A stretch of 64,000 nt of DNA from Candidatus Heimdallarchaeota archaeon (GCA_019058275.1 JAHLVW010000061.1:1-64000); one strand, 5' to 3'; counted from the stretch's first letter, positions 50,536-61,257 are shown. Notes: generated by a model from the letters alone, not told the origin. Numbers and translations are program-made.

Positions 50536-51522
50536 TTGTTTGATATGAAGATATTAGTATCTGGTGCTTTTGGAAATGTAGGAGAAAGTACTGTAGATTC
50601 ATTACTTAACACAGATCATGAAATTACTTGTTTTGATAAGAGAACTTTTGATACTGTAAAAACTGCTCGACGATTTAAGAAAAAGGTTAGCATCATTTGG
50701 GGAGATATCAGAAATAAAAAGAAAGTTAATCATGCTGTTGAAGGGCAAGATTTAGTTATGCATATTGCAGCTGTGATTCCACCTAAAGCAAATAAAAATC
50801 ACAGATATACTGAACAAGTAAACTTTGGTGGAACTGTGAATATTGTTAATGCTATGTTAAATCAACCTCAAAAACCAAAACTCATTTACACTTCTTCTGT
50901 TGCAGTTTATGGCGATGTTCGAGATAAAGAAACTCCTTTTGTTACTGAAGAAACTCCTTTTAATCCAAGTCCAGGGGATTTTTATGCAGTAACTAAGATT
51001 AACTCTGAGAAATATATCACAAAATCCGGTTTGGAATATTCCATTTTTAGATTAAGCTACATTCCTAATTCCAAAAGAATCAAGCTGACACCTTTAATGT
51101 TTGATATGCCTTTAGATACACCAATTGAATTTACTCATACAAAGGATTGTGGTGTTGCTCTAGCAAATGCTGTTGGTAAAAAAGGAATTTGGGGTAAAGT
51201 ATTCAACCTTGGTGGAGGAGAAAAATGTAGGTTCTATTATAAGGATTACATTAATAAGATGCTACCAATGATGGGTGTAGAAATTTTACCAGAGGAAGCA
51301 TTTGGTAACGAACTATTTCATTGTTGCTTTTACGATACTAAAGAACTTGAGAAATTATTGCATTTCCAGATGCATGATTTTGATGATCTTCTAAATGAAA
51401 TGGTTCGTAATGCTCGAGGTAAACGAATTCTAGCTAAAATGTTTAAACCACTTGTTAAACCAGCGTTACTTATGCTTTCACCTTATTATAAAAAGAATAA
51501 AAAGAAGAAAGATAATGGATAG
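50536..51522 (+). CDS. NAD-dependent epimerase/dehydratase
   Basis: SGAFGNVG, HIAA, SSVAVYG, YAVTK. Confidence 0.9.
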   Translation: MFDMKILVSGAFGNVGESTVDSLLNTDHEITCFDKRTFDTVKTARRFKKKVSIIWGDIRNKKKVNHAVEGQDLVMHIAAVIPPKANKNHRYTEQVNFGGTVNIVNAMLNQPQKPKLIYTSSVAVYGDVRDKETPFVTEETPFNPSPGDFYAVTKINSEKYITKSGLEYSIFRLSYIPNSKRIKLTPLMFDMPLDTPIEFTHTKDCGVALANAVGKKGIWGKVFNLGGGEKCRFYYKDYINKMLPMMGVEILPEEAFGNELFHCCFYDTKELEKLLHFQMHDFDDLLNEMVRNARGKRILAKMFKPLVKPALLMLSPYYKKNKKKKDNG

Positions 51523-51525
51523 ATT

Positions 51526-52495
51526 ATGAAGATACTGATTACTGGTGCATTTGGTAGCTTGGGATTAAATGTTCTAGACTATATTTTGAAATCAGATCAC
51601 AATATTACTTGTTTTGTACGAGATACTAGAAAATCCAAACGATTAGCTAAGAAATTCAAAGATGATATTAATGTTGTTTACTGTGATATTAGAAACTATA
51701 ATGAAATCAGTGAAGCTGTAAAAAATCAAGATATAGTTTTACATTTCGCAGCTATTGTTCCACCCAGATTTAATTATGAAACATTGGATTATTCTCGAGG
51801 TGTTAATGTTGTTGGTACAAGTAATGTTGTTAAAGCAATTGAGAAACAATCAAATTCCACAGCTCTTGTTTTTCCTTCCTCTGTAGCAGTTTTTGGTGAT
51901 GTTCGAGATCGAGGAGTATGTGTATTAGCTACTGATGAACCAACAATTCCTAATGAAGATGATATTTATGCTCAACAAAAGGTTGAAGCTGAATTGCTAG
52001 TTAAAAACTCTGACTTGAAGTGGTCTATATTTCGATTTGGTTTCATGCCAAATGTTAGCAGCTTAAAGTTCGATCCTATGATGTTTGATGTTCCCCTTGA
52101 TACCAATATGGAGATTATTCATATTAGAGATGCAGCATTAGCAATTGTCAATGCTTTAGAAAAAACTGAAATTTGGGGAAAAATTCTTCATATTGCTGGT
52201 GGTATTAATTGTCGCTTAACTTACTAAGAATTTATAGGGGGAATGCTAGAAGCGATGGGTATTGGTTCATTACCAGACCAAGCTTTTGGAGATAATGATT
52301 TTCATTGTGCATTTTTTTGATACAGATTTTAGTCAACAACTATTGAACTATCAAACAAATTCATATGATGACCTTATTGATGAAATGAAAAAAAATGCTG
52401 GTATAATTAGATACTTGGCAAAAGCATTTCGATCAATTGTAAAATTGTATTTATTATCAAAATCACCTTATTATAGGAGAAAAAGAAAAAAGTAA
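51526..52495 (+). pseudogene. Tandem paralog of the epimerase/dehydratase; in-frame TAA 52225 and poly-T frameshift near 52315
   Basis: After the TAA: EFIGGMLEAMG..LPDQAFG...FHCAF, then DTDFSQQLL...SPYY, colinear with 50536-51522. Confidence 0.85.
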
Positions 52496-52505
52496 GAAGC
52501 AGAGA

Positions 52506-53738
52506 TTACTTCTTTGATTTTCTAGCTTTTATTCGTTGAATTATGACACATGTAGCTAAAAAGCTAATTATGTAAACATAGGATGGTAATGGAATTTTAT
52601 CTGCTACTCCTTCGGGATAGATTTTGATTATACTTGTTACATCTGAGACATCAAACACAAATAATGTTCTTTCTTCTTGTTCTGAAGCTCTCAAGATGTA
52701 AAGTAAATCTTTGCTGTATAATCCTACAAGAAAATACCCATAACCTTCATCTAGGCATTCAAATGCACTAATACTTTGATTGCTTGTTAAATTATTGATA
52801 TCATAAACGAAAATGAAATCACTTGCTATACCAGCAAAATAATGATTCCAAAAAACTAAATCATGGAAACGATCATACTCATTTGTGAATCTGCTATAAC
52901 TATTTATTAGAACTGGAGAAAGCGGATCAATAATATAATACATTCTTATATAGAAATCTGAATATATGAACATATAATCTTTATAGAATTCTATTCCATA
53001 GCAACTCTCATTAGTAATCCATGTTTTGATTTTTTTTGGATTCGATTTGTCAGTTATGTTCACGATATCTATTTTTTGCTTATCCCCGGATAAAACATAT
53101 AAAAATTCATTTTTCACTGCAAAATCATTAATACTATAAAATTCAAGTGCATATCTTGCAGATTCAATGAGATTTTCTAGATCTGAACAATCAATAATTC
53201 GTATTGTATCATTATTAATACGATATTCTCCATTAGCCAATAAGTAACAGAAATCGTTCTGTTTTTGCACTTCATATCTACTTGCTTCATGCAGACCCAT
53301 ATATTCATGGATTGATGAAGTTAATGCAATATAATGACCTAAATATGTAGGATAGAGAATATTAGTAATGTTTACAAATTCTAAACCTATTTCTTCATTC
53401 AAAACTGTTGTCATAATAAGTAAATTATCTTCAACATACAAATTTATTATTCTAGAACTTTGATGTGTTGGATAATAAGCAACAGTTGTTATGTTCGATG
53501 GATTATCAAACTCAGCTATTTGTAGTATATTATTATATTGACCTGGATACAAATAATAGTCATCCTTTAAGGCAAAAACTGAAGGTAATTCAGCAACTAC
53601 TGGATTGTTCACATTTATTTCATCATTTTTGTTTACTATTTTACCTTCACTTAGGCCACAAGATGAAGCAATAATCAATGTTGATATAACTATCACTAAT
53701 AGTGAATTTTTCATATTATTCCTCTTCATTTTTCCCAT
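52506..53738 (-). CDS. LVIVD-repeat surface protein with C-terminal TM
   Basis: LEFVNITN..P, IRIIDCSD, IDIVNITDKSNP, LFVFDVSD; TM plus KARKSKK. Confidence 0.78.
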   Translation of the reverse strand: MGKMKRNNMKNSLLVIVISTLIIASSCGLSEGKIVNKNDEINVNNPVVAELPSVFALKDDYYLYPGQYNNILQIAEFDNPSNITTVAYYPTHQSSRIINLYVEDNLLIMTTVLNEEIGLEFVNITNILYPTYLGHYIALTSSIHEYMGLHEASRYEVQKQNDFCYLLANGEYRINNDTIRIIDCSDLENLIESARYALEFYSINDFAVKNEFLYVLSGDKQKIDIVNITDKSNPKKIKTWITNESCYGIEFYKDYMFIYSDFYIRMYYIIDPLSPVLINSYSRFTNEYDRFHDLVFWNHYFAGIASDFIFVYDINNLTSNQSISAFECLDEGYGYFLVGLYSKDLLYILRASEQEERTLFVFDVSDVTSIIKIYPEGVADKIPLPSYVYIISFLATCVIIQRIKARKSKK

Positions 53739-53939
53739 AATAATGCCCTTATTTAATAGATTATACTATATTCAAACTCGATAATAAATGTATGCAAATT
53801 TATCACAGCTTATCTCTTGGATATTGTTATCTAATTTGTCAATATCAAAATCATTTTAATTGAATTTTGAAGCGTTTTAGTTAGATGTTTGATTAAGATT
53901 CATTCTTGCTAGAAAACACAATCACGATATTTTCTCAGA

Positions 53940-54987
53940 TTGAATCTTAGAATTGGAGATGGAAAATTTATATCAAAAAGAAGTAAATTCATTAAATATT
54001 TTCCAATAATAGCTATTATCATTGTTTCTGGGTGTGCTTTCATTCCTGGAGCAATGGGGAATACTATCAGCGATGATCTCGAGATAGAAAAAGATGCTCT
54101 TGAAGATTGGCGATTAACTTATGAATGGGCTTCTAATGAAGCTCGGTACATTTTCGACCATGATTCTGATTTATTTAGATTAGCATGGCAAGAATTAGAA
54201 GCAGCTAGGTTGCTAGATGTTGAATTTAATATTCTTGCATTTGCAGAGAATGAAACAAATACTGTTGTTAATGAAACATATATGCACCTGATTATGAATC
54301 ATGTAAATGCTGCTTATATCATATCTGACCAATCTTATTCATTTGCGATTCATACGTTTTTCACTGATAATCCTGATGAAAGTTCCTTCATTCTTGGTGA
54401 AACACCATCTGGGATTCCTTATACAATTAGCAGATTTAACTGGGAAAGTAAACCAATTTATTATTACTCTACAGTTGAAGTATTTTTAACAATTATACTA
54501 AGTGATTGGTTCAATACACCTGATTATAGCTACTTCTTGGAACAAACAATGATACAATTAAGAACTAATTATTCTTCATTTTTAAGTCAGAATTTGAGGT
54601 TCATGTATGCACCTGATACTATTTATACATTAGATGGTAGAACAAACCTTTACAACTTAACACAAGAACCTCTCTTGTATTTCCAAGACCAAATGAGAGA
54701 AGCTTATGAAAATATCTGGGAAGGAGAAAGAGCGGTTAGTAGATTACAATCTATTGTTTCAATTATGACAATTTGCTACACTTCTTGCAGCTACTATTTC
54801 TGGTCGAATAGGTGAACGTAAGAGTATTCATCATGTATCAACAATAAGATCTGATATCAAAGATGATGAATCGTACATAGTACGTGAAGTTGATATCTTC
54901 AGCTTAGTTCTTCTGATTTTAGCAGTTTTAATTGCAATTGGAGCAATTATCTATACATTTTTACCTCCTGATTTATTTGTAAACTAG
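53940..54987 (+). pseudogene. Hypothetical membrane protein; homopolymer frameshift near 54773
   Basis: Removing one T continues IATLLAATISGRIGERK...LVLLILAVLIAIGAII to TAG 54987. Confidence 0.65.
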
Positions 54988-55003
54988 TCACTTTAAAGTG
55001 ACT
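54986..55003 (+). terminator. 18-bp perfect palindrome plus T-tract
   Basis: AGTCACTTTAAAGTGACT then TTTTTTC. Confidence 0.55.
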
Positions 55004-55120
55004 TTTTTTCTTATTTTTTTGAAACGAATTTAGAACCTTAAGACTACTTTTTCGAAACCATTGTCAGACTTTACTTAATATAAACTATGTTCTATTGATA
55101 TTCCAAAACCCTTTAACACC

Positions 55121-56020
55121 TTGAGGTGGGTGGCTATGAACAAAAAAACGTTATATATAACAGGTTTAACTTTAATTTTCGCTTTATCAATATTGAGTGG
55201 AGCTATTACTATTGCGACAGTTCATCGAAGTGTTGACATAGAAGTTACTACAATGAATGATTCTACAGGTATTGTTTTACCAAGTCCAACGACAACAGGA
55301 GATAGTATAGTAAACAAATATGCTCTTGTCATTGGCATTTCCGATTATAAAGTAATAAGTGATTTAAATTACTGTGATGAAGATGCCACAGATTGGTATA
55401 ATTACTTAGATTCCTTAGGCTATCAAATTACTCTTTTAGGAGACAGTCATCCAGAAAACTTCCCACAATGGGATGGTTACGCAACAGAATACAATACTCG
55501 AGTTGCTTTGGTAAATATCTTCTCAATTGCTGATGAAGATGATATAGTTGCCATTACCAGTTCTGGTCACGGCGGTAGATCAAGATCAAAAGATCTCAAA
55601 GCATTTGTTTATTTCCTATGTATGTGGGATACGAATGATGGTGAGGAAGGTTACAATGGTTTAATTGATAACTATGAATTACTTGAGATTTTAGAACCTT
55701 CAGTTTCAAAGACATTTATCTTTCTTGATCATTGTAACAGTGGTGGATTTGAATACGTATTCCAAAATCCAAACTCAGAGAACTATTACATGGCTACTAC
55801 ATGCACAGAAAATGGATTTGGATGGGATGATCCAGTTCATTTGAACGGTAAGTGGACTTACTTCTTCCTAGAATACGCCTTAATTGGCATACTAGGAGGA
55901 ACTGCTTCAATGGAAGAAGCTTTTGCTGTTGCTTATCCTGCATATCTTGAAGAAATCCATCGTCCAGGTGATGTTCTTGAGGAATTTGATGGTTCTTCTG
56001 ATACGCTCTTTTATCTCTAA
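55121..56020 (+). CDS. Caspase-family (peptidase C14) protein with N-terminal signal/TM
   Basis: KYALVIGISDY, DA, SSGHG (His), LDHCNSGG (Cys), G..T. Confidence 0.88.
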   Translation: MRWVAMNKKTLYITGLTLIFALSILSGAITIATVHRSVDIEVTTMNDSTGIVLPSPTTTGDSIVNKYALVIGISDYKVISDLNYCDEDATDWYNYLDSLGYQITLLGDSHPENFPQWDGYATEYNTRVALVNIFSIADEDDIVAITSSGHGGRSRSKDLKAFVYFLCMWDTNDGEEGYNGLIDNYELLEILEPSVSKTFIFLDHCNSGGFEYVFQNPNSENYYMATTCTENGFGWDDPVHLNGKWTYFFLEYALIGILGGTASMEEAFAVAYPAYLEEIHRPGDVLEEFDGSSDTLFYL

Positions 56021-56036
56021 GAATTTGATACAACCC

Positions 56037-56078
56037 GAACCAACCTTTGGGAGGGAGACGTTCTACAAAGGTTGGTTC
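56037..56078. terminator. Strong 13-bp stem-loop between convergent genes
   Basis: GAACCAACCTTTG ... CAAAGGTTGGTTC. Confidence 0.6.
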
Positions 56079-56154
56079 ATTTCATTTATTCTAAAGTGAA
56101 CAAATTAGGAGTTTGGAGGACCTCCTCCACGATAATTTTTCAGAATTGTTAAAT

Positions 56155-56454
56155 CTATACATTTTTATAGTAAATTGGAAGTTGAACCTTTGGCATATTA
56201 CGAATTTTTATTAAAAATTCTTTCTTGGTTATATCTAGTAATACATAATTGCCATCAATATGTGAAATCATTTTAGCATCAATTTCGATTCCTATTTCAT
56301 CTCTTAATGGTCTTTCAACTCTAACAGTTATCTTCGAATTTTTTTCTGTGTCATCTAGTTGGTTTATAAATATTTTTTTTACCTTGACAATTTGGCCACA
56401 TTTGCGACCATTCTTACCTAATAGAATTTTACCTTCAAATGAAGCTACATTCAT
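56155..56454 (-). CDS. Small PRC-barrel-like protein
   Basis: FEGK.LLGKNGRKCGQIVKV...I..IDGNYVLL. Confidence 0.6.
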   Translation of the reverse strand: MNVASFEGKILLGKNGRKCGQIVKVKKIFINQLDDTEKNSKITVRVERPLRDEIGIEIDAKMISHIDGNYVLLDITKKEFLIKIRNMPKVQLPIYYKNV

Positions 56455-56575
56455 ACTAATTACCTACTAATAAACTAATTATGAAATGATTTAAATATAT
56501 TTCTTAAATTTCGAAATTTAAAGAAATAACTTTCGCTATCATTTATAACTAACAGATACATTATACTAATTGTGA

Positions 56576-57661
56576 GTGAAGAAATATATGAATGTAGAAA
56601 CAAACCATCATAAAAAACAACGAAAACTTATTACTGGTAATTTAAAAAAACTTGAACAAAAAGTAATAGATTTCTACTTGGAATTTGGTCGAAAATCGAG
56701 TCTAAATTTGAAATTGATAGAAATCTATGCTTATTTTCGAATATATGATACATTAACTCAAAAGCAATTAAAACAATTAACTGGTTTTTCTGCTAGTACA
56801 ATTTCTGCAGCATTACAATCATTCCTACAATCTGGCATGCTAACCAGAGATTTTTTACCGAACACTCATACGAATATCTATACATTATTGAAAATGGAGT
56901 ACATTTATGCTTATTCAGCAAATTCTAATTTTTATAGGAAATTAGAACAGAGCGATCTATTTATTCATGACCTGCAAGAAAGATCTAAAGACTTGTTAAA
57001 TAAATATCCATCCTTAATCAAAATATTTCATAAAAGATTGAATGGGTTTCGAAATTACATTGAGGTGCAAAGACGAGTTTTTACAGGTAAAAGTAAAAAT
57101 CAGTTCTTTAGTGAAGATGTTTCTGAATTAATTTCAACCGATGAATATACACACTATCCTTCAGAACTAAGAAAATATGAAGATGAATTTGTGAATTATT
57201 TTGTCAGGAATGAGATGTTTATAGTAAATGATCCAATAATTAACAAAATTCTTTCCTATTTAACTACAAGAGCAAGGATCAATCAAGAAATTCTACTTAA
57301 TCTTACAGGTTTTTCAAGAAGCTCAATATCACGAAATTTGGTAGGATATGGAACTAGAGGATATGTTAGCATTTCAAAGAAGGAATACATGAAACCTAGA
57401 GTATATACAATTCCTATTATATCACTTTATTTACTAGATGTGGTTATAAGATACAATAAAAGAATCTTTGATTGGATTCCGATATTTGAGGAATCTTTAG
57501 TAGATTTAACTACTTTGAATTTTAAAGATCAAGATTCTAAGTTTTTGCTAACTAAAACAATAAAGCGAATTTTAGAAGAGATTCAATTTTTGAAGAAAAA
57601 TTATCTGTTGTTGACAGAAATACAGATGGAGCTTCAAAACTTCCAAACTAAAAATGGATAA
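56576..57661 (+). CDS. Duplicated winged-helix (GbsR/MarR-like) regulator
   Basis: LTQKQLKQLTGFSASTISAAL and INQEILLNLTGFSRSSISRNL. Confidence 0.8.
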   Translation: MKKYMNVETNHHKKQRKLITGNLKKLEQKVIDFYLEFGRKSSLNLKLIEIYAYFRIYDTLTQKQLKQLTGFSASTISAALQSFLQSGMLTRDFLPNTHTNIYTLLKMEYIYAYSANSNFYRKLEQSDLFIHDLQERSKDLLNKYPSLIKIFHKRLNGFRNYIEVQRRVFTGKSKNQFFSEDVSELISTDEYTHYPSELRKYEDEFVNYFVRNEMFIVNDPIINKILSYLTTRARINQEILLNLTGFSRSSISRNLVGYGTRGYVSISKKEYMKPRVYTIPIISLYLLDVVIRYNKRIFDWIPIFEESLVDLTTLNFKDQDSKFLLTKTIKRILEEIQFLKKNYLLLTEIQMELQNFQTKNG

Positions 57662-57669
57662 TTTTCAAG

Positions 57670-58245
57670 TTATTTCTTTAGAAGTCTTTCAGCTTCTTTA
57701 AACCATTTATCTAAAATTGATTCATAGATAATTTGACCAAATTTCATTGTTAAGTAATAGTATTTGTGATCCTCTTCCTTTTCTAAGTTCCTTAGTAAAT
57801 TCTGTTCATAACCTTTGAATAAATCTGATGTATGAGTCAGCCATTTCTCAAGAAGCATTATATTGTATTGTGTTTTTTCTTTATGGATAGAACCACCGAA
57901 ATAGAGCTTTAGCAGAAATTCTTGAAATAAAGTAAAACTATAATTTGTTTTTTCAAATTTCAATGGTTCACCCATCCAGATTTCGAGCTTTTCTTTTCCT
58001 TTTCTAGTTATTTTATGGATTTTCTTACTTGGTCTATTACCTACTTTTACTTCCTTCATTGTCACTAGCTCTTCTTTTTCGAGTTTCTTTAATGTTGAAT
58101 ATATTTGGGTAAAACTTGTTTTCTTCCAGAAGAAGCTTATTTGTCTTTCAATTAGCTGTTTAATATCATATCCTGATAATTTTTCATGATTAAGCAATCC
58201 TAGTATGATATACTCGAGATTGCTTTCCTTTGGAACCCTTGGCAT
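57670..58245 (-). CDS. PadR-family regulator with C-terminal Vir_act domain
   Basis: ILGLL...SGYDIK...FW...QIY..L..LE, IT.KG, FLLKLYFG. Confidence 0.92.
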   Translation of the reverse strand: MPRVPKESNLEYIILGLLNHEKLSGYDIKQLIERQISFFWKKTSFTQIYSTLKKLEKEELVTMKEVKVGNRPSKKIHKITRKGKEKLEIWMGEPLKFEKTNYSFTLFQEFLLKLYFGGSIHKEKTQYNIMLLEKWLTHTSDLFKGYEQNLLRNLEKEEDHKYYYLTMKFGQIIYESILDKWFKEAERLLKK

Positions 58246-58379
58246 TTTTAATCCTCACTCTATTTATTTGTTTAACTAATATATATATTTTATTTTAAAA
58301 TATTTTAAATAAGAATATTTTTATATAAAATAGATACAAGCAAAGCTAAATAGAACACAAGATTTGGTTTGTATGAAAA

Positions 58380-59216
58380 ATGACAATGATTGAAGAAGTA
58401 AAAACCAGTCGATTGAAAACAAAGGTTAAACACCCCAAAAGGCAGATGGCAAGGAAGATTCTAATCTTTGTTTCATTTATGCTTTTCCCAGTTACTATAT
58501 TTTATTTATCCCCTTATTTGAGCTTTGCAGGTCCAATGCAGGGATACATTTCAGCGTGTTTATTTGTTTTTGGATCATTATTTATCCTATCATTATTTGT
58601 TGGTCGATTGTTTTGTAGCTATGTTTGTCCGATGGCAGGTATGCAAGAAGCTATAAGTAAAATACAAGCTAGAAGAATTAATAGGAAATCATTCTTTGTT
58701 AAATGATTAATATTTATTCCATGGATTATAGTGATAATATTATTACCAATTTTATTTGCTAAAGGATTTAATGGTGTAAAAATCTTCTTTGGTATGGAAA
58801 ATGAAGAACTTGGTCTTCCGGGCATATCCATATTATCTTTACAAGACATAATAATCTATTACATAGTTAATTCAGTCATACTCCTAATGGGATTCATTAT
58901 TGGTAAGAGATCCTTCTGCCAACATATGTGTTGGATTGGTCCATTTATGATCATTGGTCGAAAGATTAGCAATTGGCTACGAATTCCTTCATTGAGATTA
59001 AAACCTGAGAATAAGAAATGTATTGATTGTAAGCGTTGTAATCTCACTTGTATTATGAATTTAGATGTAAGCAATCTTGTTCAACATGGTAACATGGAAG
59101 ATAGCAATTGCATTCTCTGTGGCGAGTGTATTGATGAATGTCCGAAAAACGTTATTCATTATACTTTTTGTTCGCAAAAGAAAGCTCAAGTCCCAGAAGT
59201 AGCTATTGAAAAATAG
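58380..59216 (+). pseudogene. Membrane polyferredoxin (NapH/MauN-like 4Fe-4S protein) with one in-frame TGA
   Basis: GRLFCSYVCP, RSFCQHMCW, CIDCKRCNLTC, CILCGECIDECP. ORFs 58380 and 58731 are in frame across TGA 58704. Divergent from the PadR gene. Confidence 0.85.
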
Positions 59217-59247
59217 TATTGGAATCACTAGCATGTGATTACCAATA
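59217..59247. terminator. Hairpin plus T-tract between convergent genes
   Basis: TATTGG-AATCAC-TAGCAT-GTGATT-A-CCAATA. Confidence 0.55.
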
Positions 59248-59258
59248 ATTTTCTTTTT

Positions 59259-59897
59259 TTATCTTTGATTATAATCACTTATTACTTTACTACCATTTGC
59301 TTCTAAATTAGACAAAATCCCTTTTACCTTCTTATGTATAGTAGTTCGAAAATCAAGATGTATCTCTTCTAGCAATTTTAGCTCTATCAAATCATATGGC
59401 AGAGTATGGATTTGGTTATTATGAAGATAAATCCTCCTTAACAAAGTGCATTTACTTAATGAGCTTGGTATAGAATATAATTGATTGTTATTTAGATGCA
59501 ATTCTCTGAGAAGTGGTAATTCACCAATCCAATTTGGCAATCGGGAAAGATTATTCCTACTAACATTTAATATCGATATTTTCTTCAAGCTCAGAAGTAA
59601 CTCTGGCATATCAATCAATTCGTTCCCTGAGATATTTAGAGAAATGATTTCTTTTAGTTGACTAATAATTTCTGGAATGTTTTTTAAGTTCAAATTTGCT
59701 AAACTTAATGCTATTATGTCAGTTTCTCCTTGAGTGTAATAGAGATTCTTCTTTTTTATTATATCAGATTCTTCTTCGATTTCTAGCTTTATTATCTTCT
59801 CGATTTTATGAAGAATAGCTCTTTGATCAGAATCAAGAATATTTGATTTCTGATTATCTCTTCCTTCCATTTTATCACCATGATTCATTTTGCCCAA
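59259..59897 (-). CDS. Leucine-rich repeat protein
   Basis: About five 23-aa LxxLxLxxNxLxxLP units. Confidence 0.88.
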   Translation of the reverse strand: MGKMNHGDKMEGRDNQKSNILDSDQRAILHKIEKIIKLEIEEESDIIKKKNLYYTQGETDIIALSLANLNLKNIPEIISQLKEIISLNISGNELIDMPELLLSLKKISILNVSRNNLSRLPNWIGELPLLRELHLNNNQLYSIPSSLSKCTLLRRIYLHNNQIHTLPYDLIELKLLEEIHLDFRTTIHKKVKGILSNLEANGSKVISDYNQR

Positions 59898-61075
59898 TTT
59901 AAATAAAATGAGATGTAAAATTCAGTTGCTTTTAGTAGGTGTTCAATTGGTACCTGTTCCTCAATAGTATGAGCAAATCGTTCATCTCCTGGACCAAAAC
60001 CTACTGTTGGTATATCATGCAATCCTTTTGTTGCCACACCATTTGTTGAAAATCGCCAATAATTGATTGATGGTTCTTCATCAAATTGTTCTTTAAAACA
60101 GTTGCAAGCTTTTTGAATCAATGGATCTGATTCATCCATCTTCCAACTTGGGTAATAGCTATTGATATTGTATTCATAACCCTTATAGCTTTTAGCTGAA
60201 AATTCTGGAACAATTACTTTTGCTTCTGCTTCCAAAACAGGTTTTTGATTTTTAAGTTCTTGAAGTACACTTTCCTTTGTATCATTGATTCCTAAACGTC
60301 TATCTACATGAATGGTACAGCTGTCTGCAACAGCATTTAATGATACAGAAGATGATTCTATTTCAGTTACTGTTATTGATCCCTTTCCAAATAATGGATC
60401 CTTAGGAAGTTTATTATGTAATTTTTCAATTTCAGAAAGTATTGGATTCATCAGATAAATTGCATTTATACCTAAATCTGGTTCAGCTCCATGACTCGAG
60501 AGCCCTTTAACTTCTATTTTTATATCCATTCTTCCACGATGACCGATAATTATTTGTAAATTGGAAGGTTCTGTTAATAAAACAGCATCAGTTTTAATTT
60601 TTTCTTTTTCAATAATATGTTGCCAATTCATTCCTTCATATGTCTCTTCATGAACACTTGCAACAAAGTACAATTTTAGATCTTTAGGAAATCCTATTTC
60701 TTTTAATATTTTTACAGCTAGTAGAGATGTTGCTAATCCCCCCTTTTGATCACATGACCCCCGTCCATAGATATTTCCATCATGTATGGATCCTCCCAAA
60801 GGATCAAACTTCCAATTTCCTTCTTTCCCAATTTCAACTGTATCAACATGTCCATCGATTGCTAACACTCTTTTTCCATTGCCAATTTTACCAATTAAGT
60901 TTCCCATTTCATCAATTTTTACTTCATCAAAACCATAATTCTTCATTTCTTCAGCAACTACTTTAATCATATCCCCTTCATTCCCAGTTATTGATTTAAT
61001 TCCAATTAGCTTTTGAACTAGCTTGATAATAGTCTCCTTATTTGCTTCAACTAATTTTTTGATTTCTTTCTTCAT
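59885..61075 (-). CDS. M20 metallopeptidase, YgeY-like
   Basis: DGHVDTV, GRGSCDQKGG, HEE..EG, TEPS, GHRGR, FSTNGV, AH. Confidence 0.88.
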   Translation of the reverse strand: MKKEIKKLVEANKETIIKLVQKLIGIKSITGNEGDMIKVVAEEMKNYGFDEVKIDEMGNLIGKIGNGKRVLAIDGHVDTVEIGKEGNWKFDPLGGSIHDGNIYGRGSCDQKGGLATSLLAVKILKEIGFPKDLKLYFVASVHEETYEGMNWQHIIEKEKIKTDAVLLTEPSNLQIIIGHRGRMDIKIEVKGLSSHGAEPDLGINAIYLMNPILSEIEKLHNKLPKDPLFGKGSITVTEIESSSVSLNAVADSCTIHVDRRLGINDTKESVLQELKNQKPVLEAEAKVIVPEFSAKSYKGYEYNINSYYPSWKMDESDPLIQKACNCFKEQFDEEPSINYWRFSTNGVATKGLHDIPTVGFGPGDERFAHTIEEQVPIEHLLKATEFYISFYLNWAK

Positions 61076-61257
61076 TTTAAATCACTAATCCATTAGAATC
61101 TAAATTTCATTCAAGAATTTTTTCCATGTATGATAAAACTACACTATCTATTTTCAAGAGTGGTAAAAAGGTGTTCATATGAGCTCACTTTCTTAATATT
61201 ATGTGTTCACTATAAAGGAAATTAAATCAAACTAATAAGGACCAAAGTGGGATTAAT

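Noticed and set aside
56030-56085. SECIS element (minus strand begins AUGA before a long stem)
   Set aside because: It lacks the opposing GA of the non-Watson-Crick quartet, and neither adjacent gene has an in-frame TGA.
58704-58706. In-frame TGA as selenocysteine in the polyferredoxin
   Set aside because: It falls at the start of a TM helix, not in a Cys motif, and no SECIS-like element was recognised.
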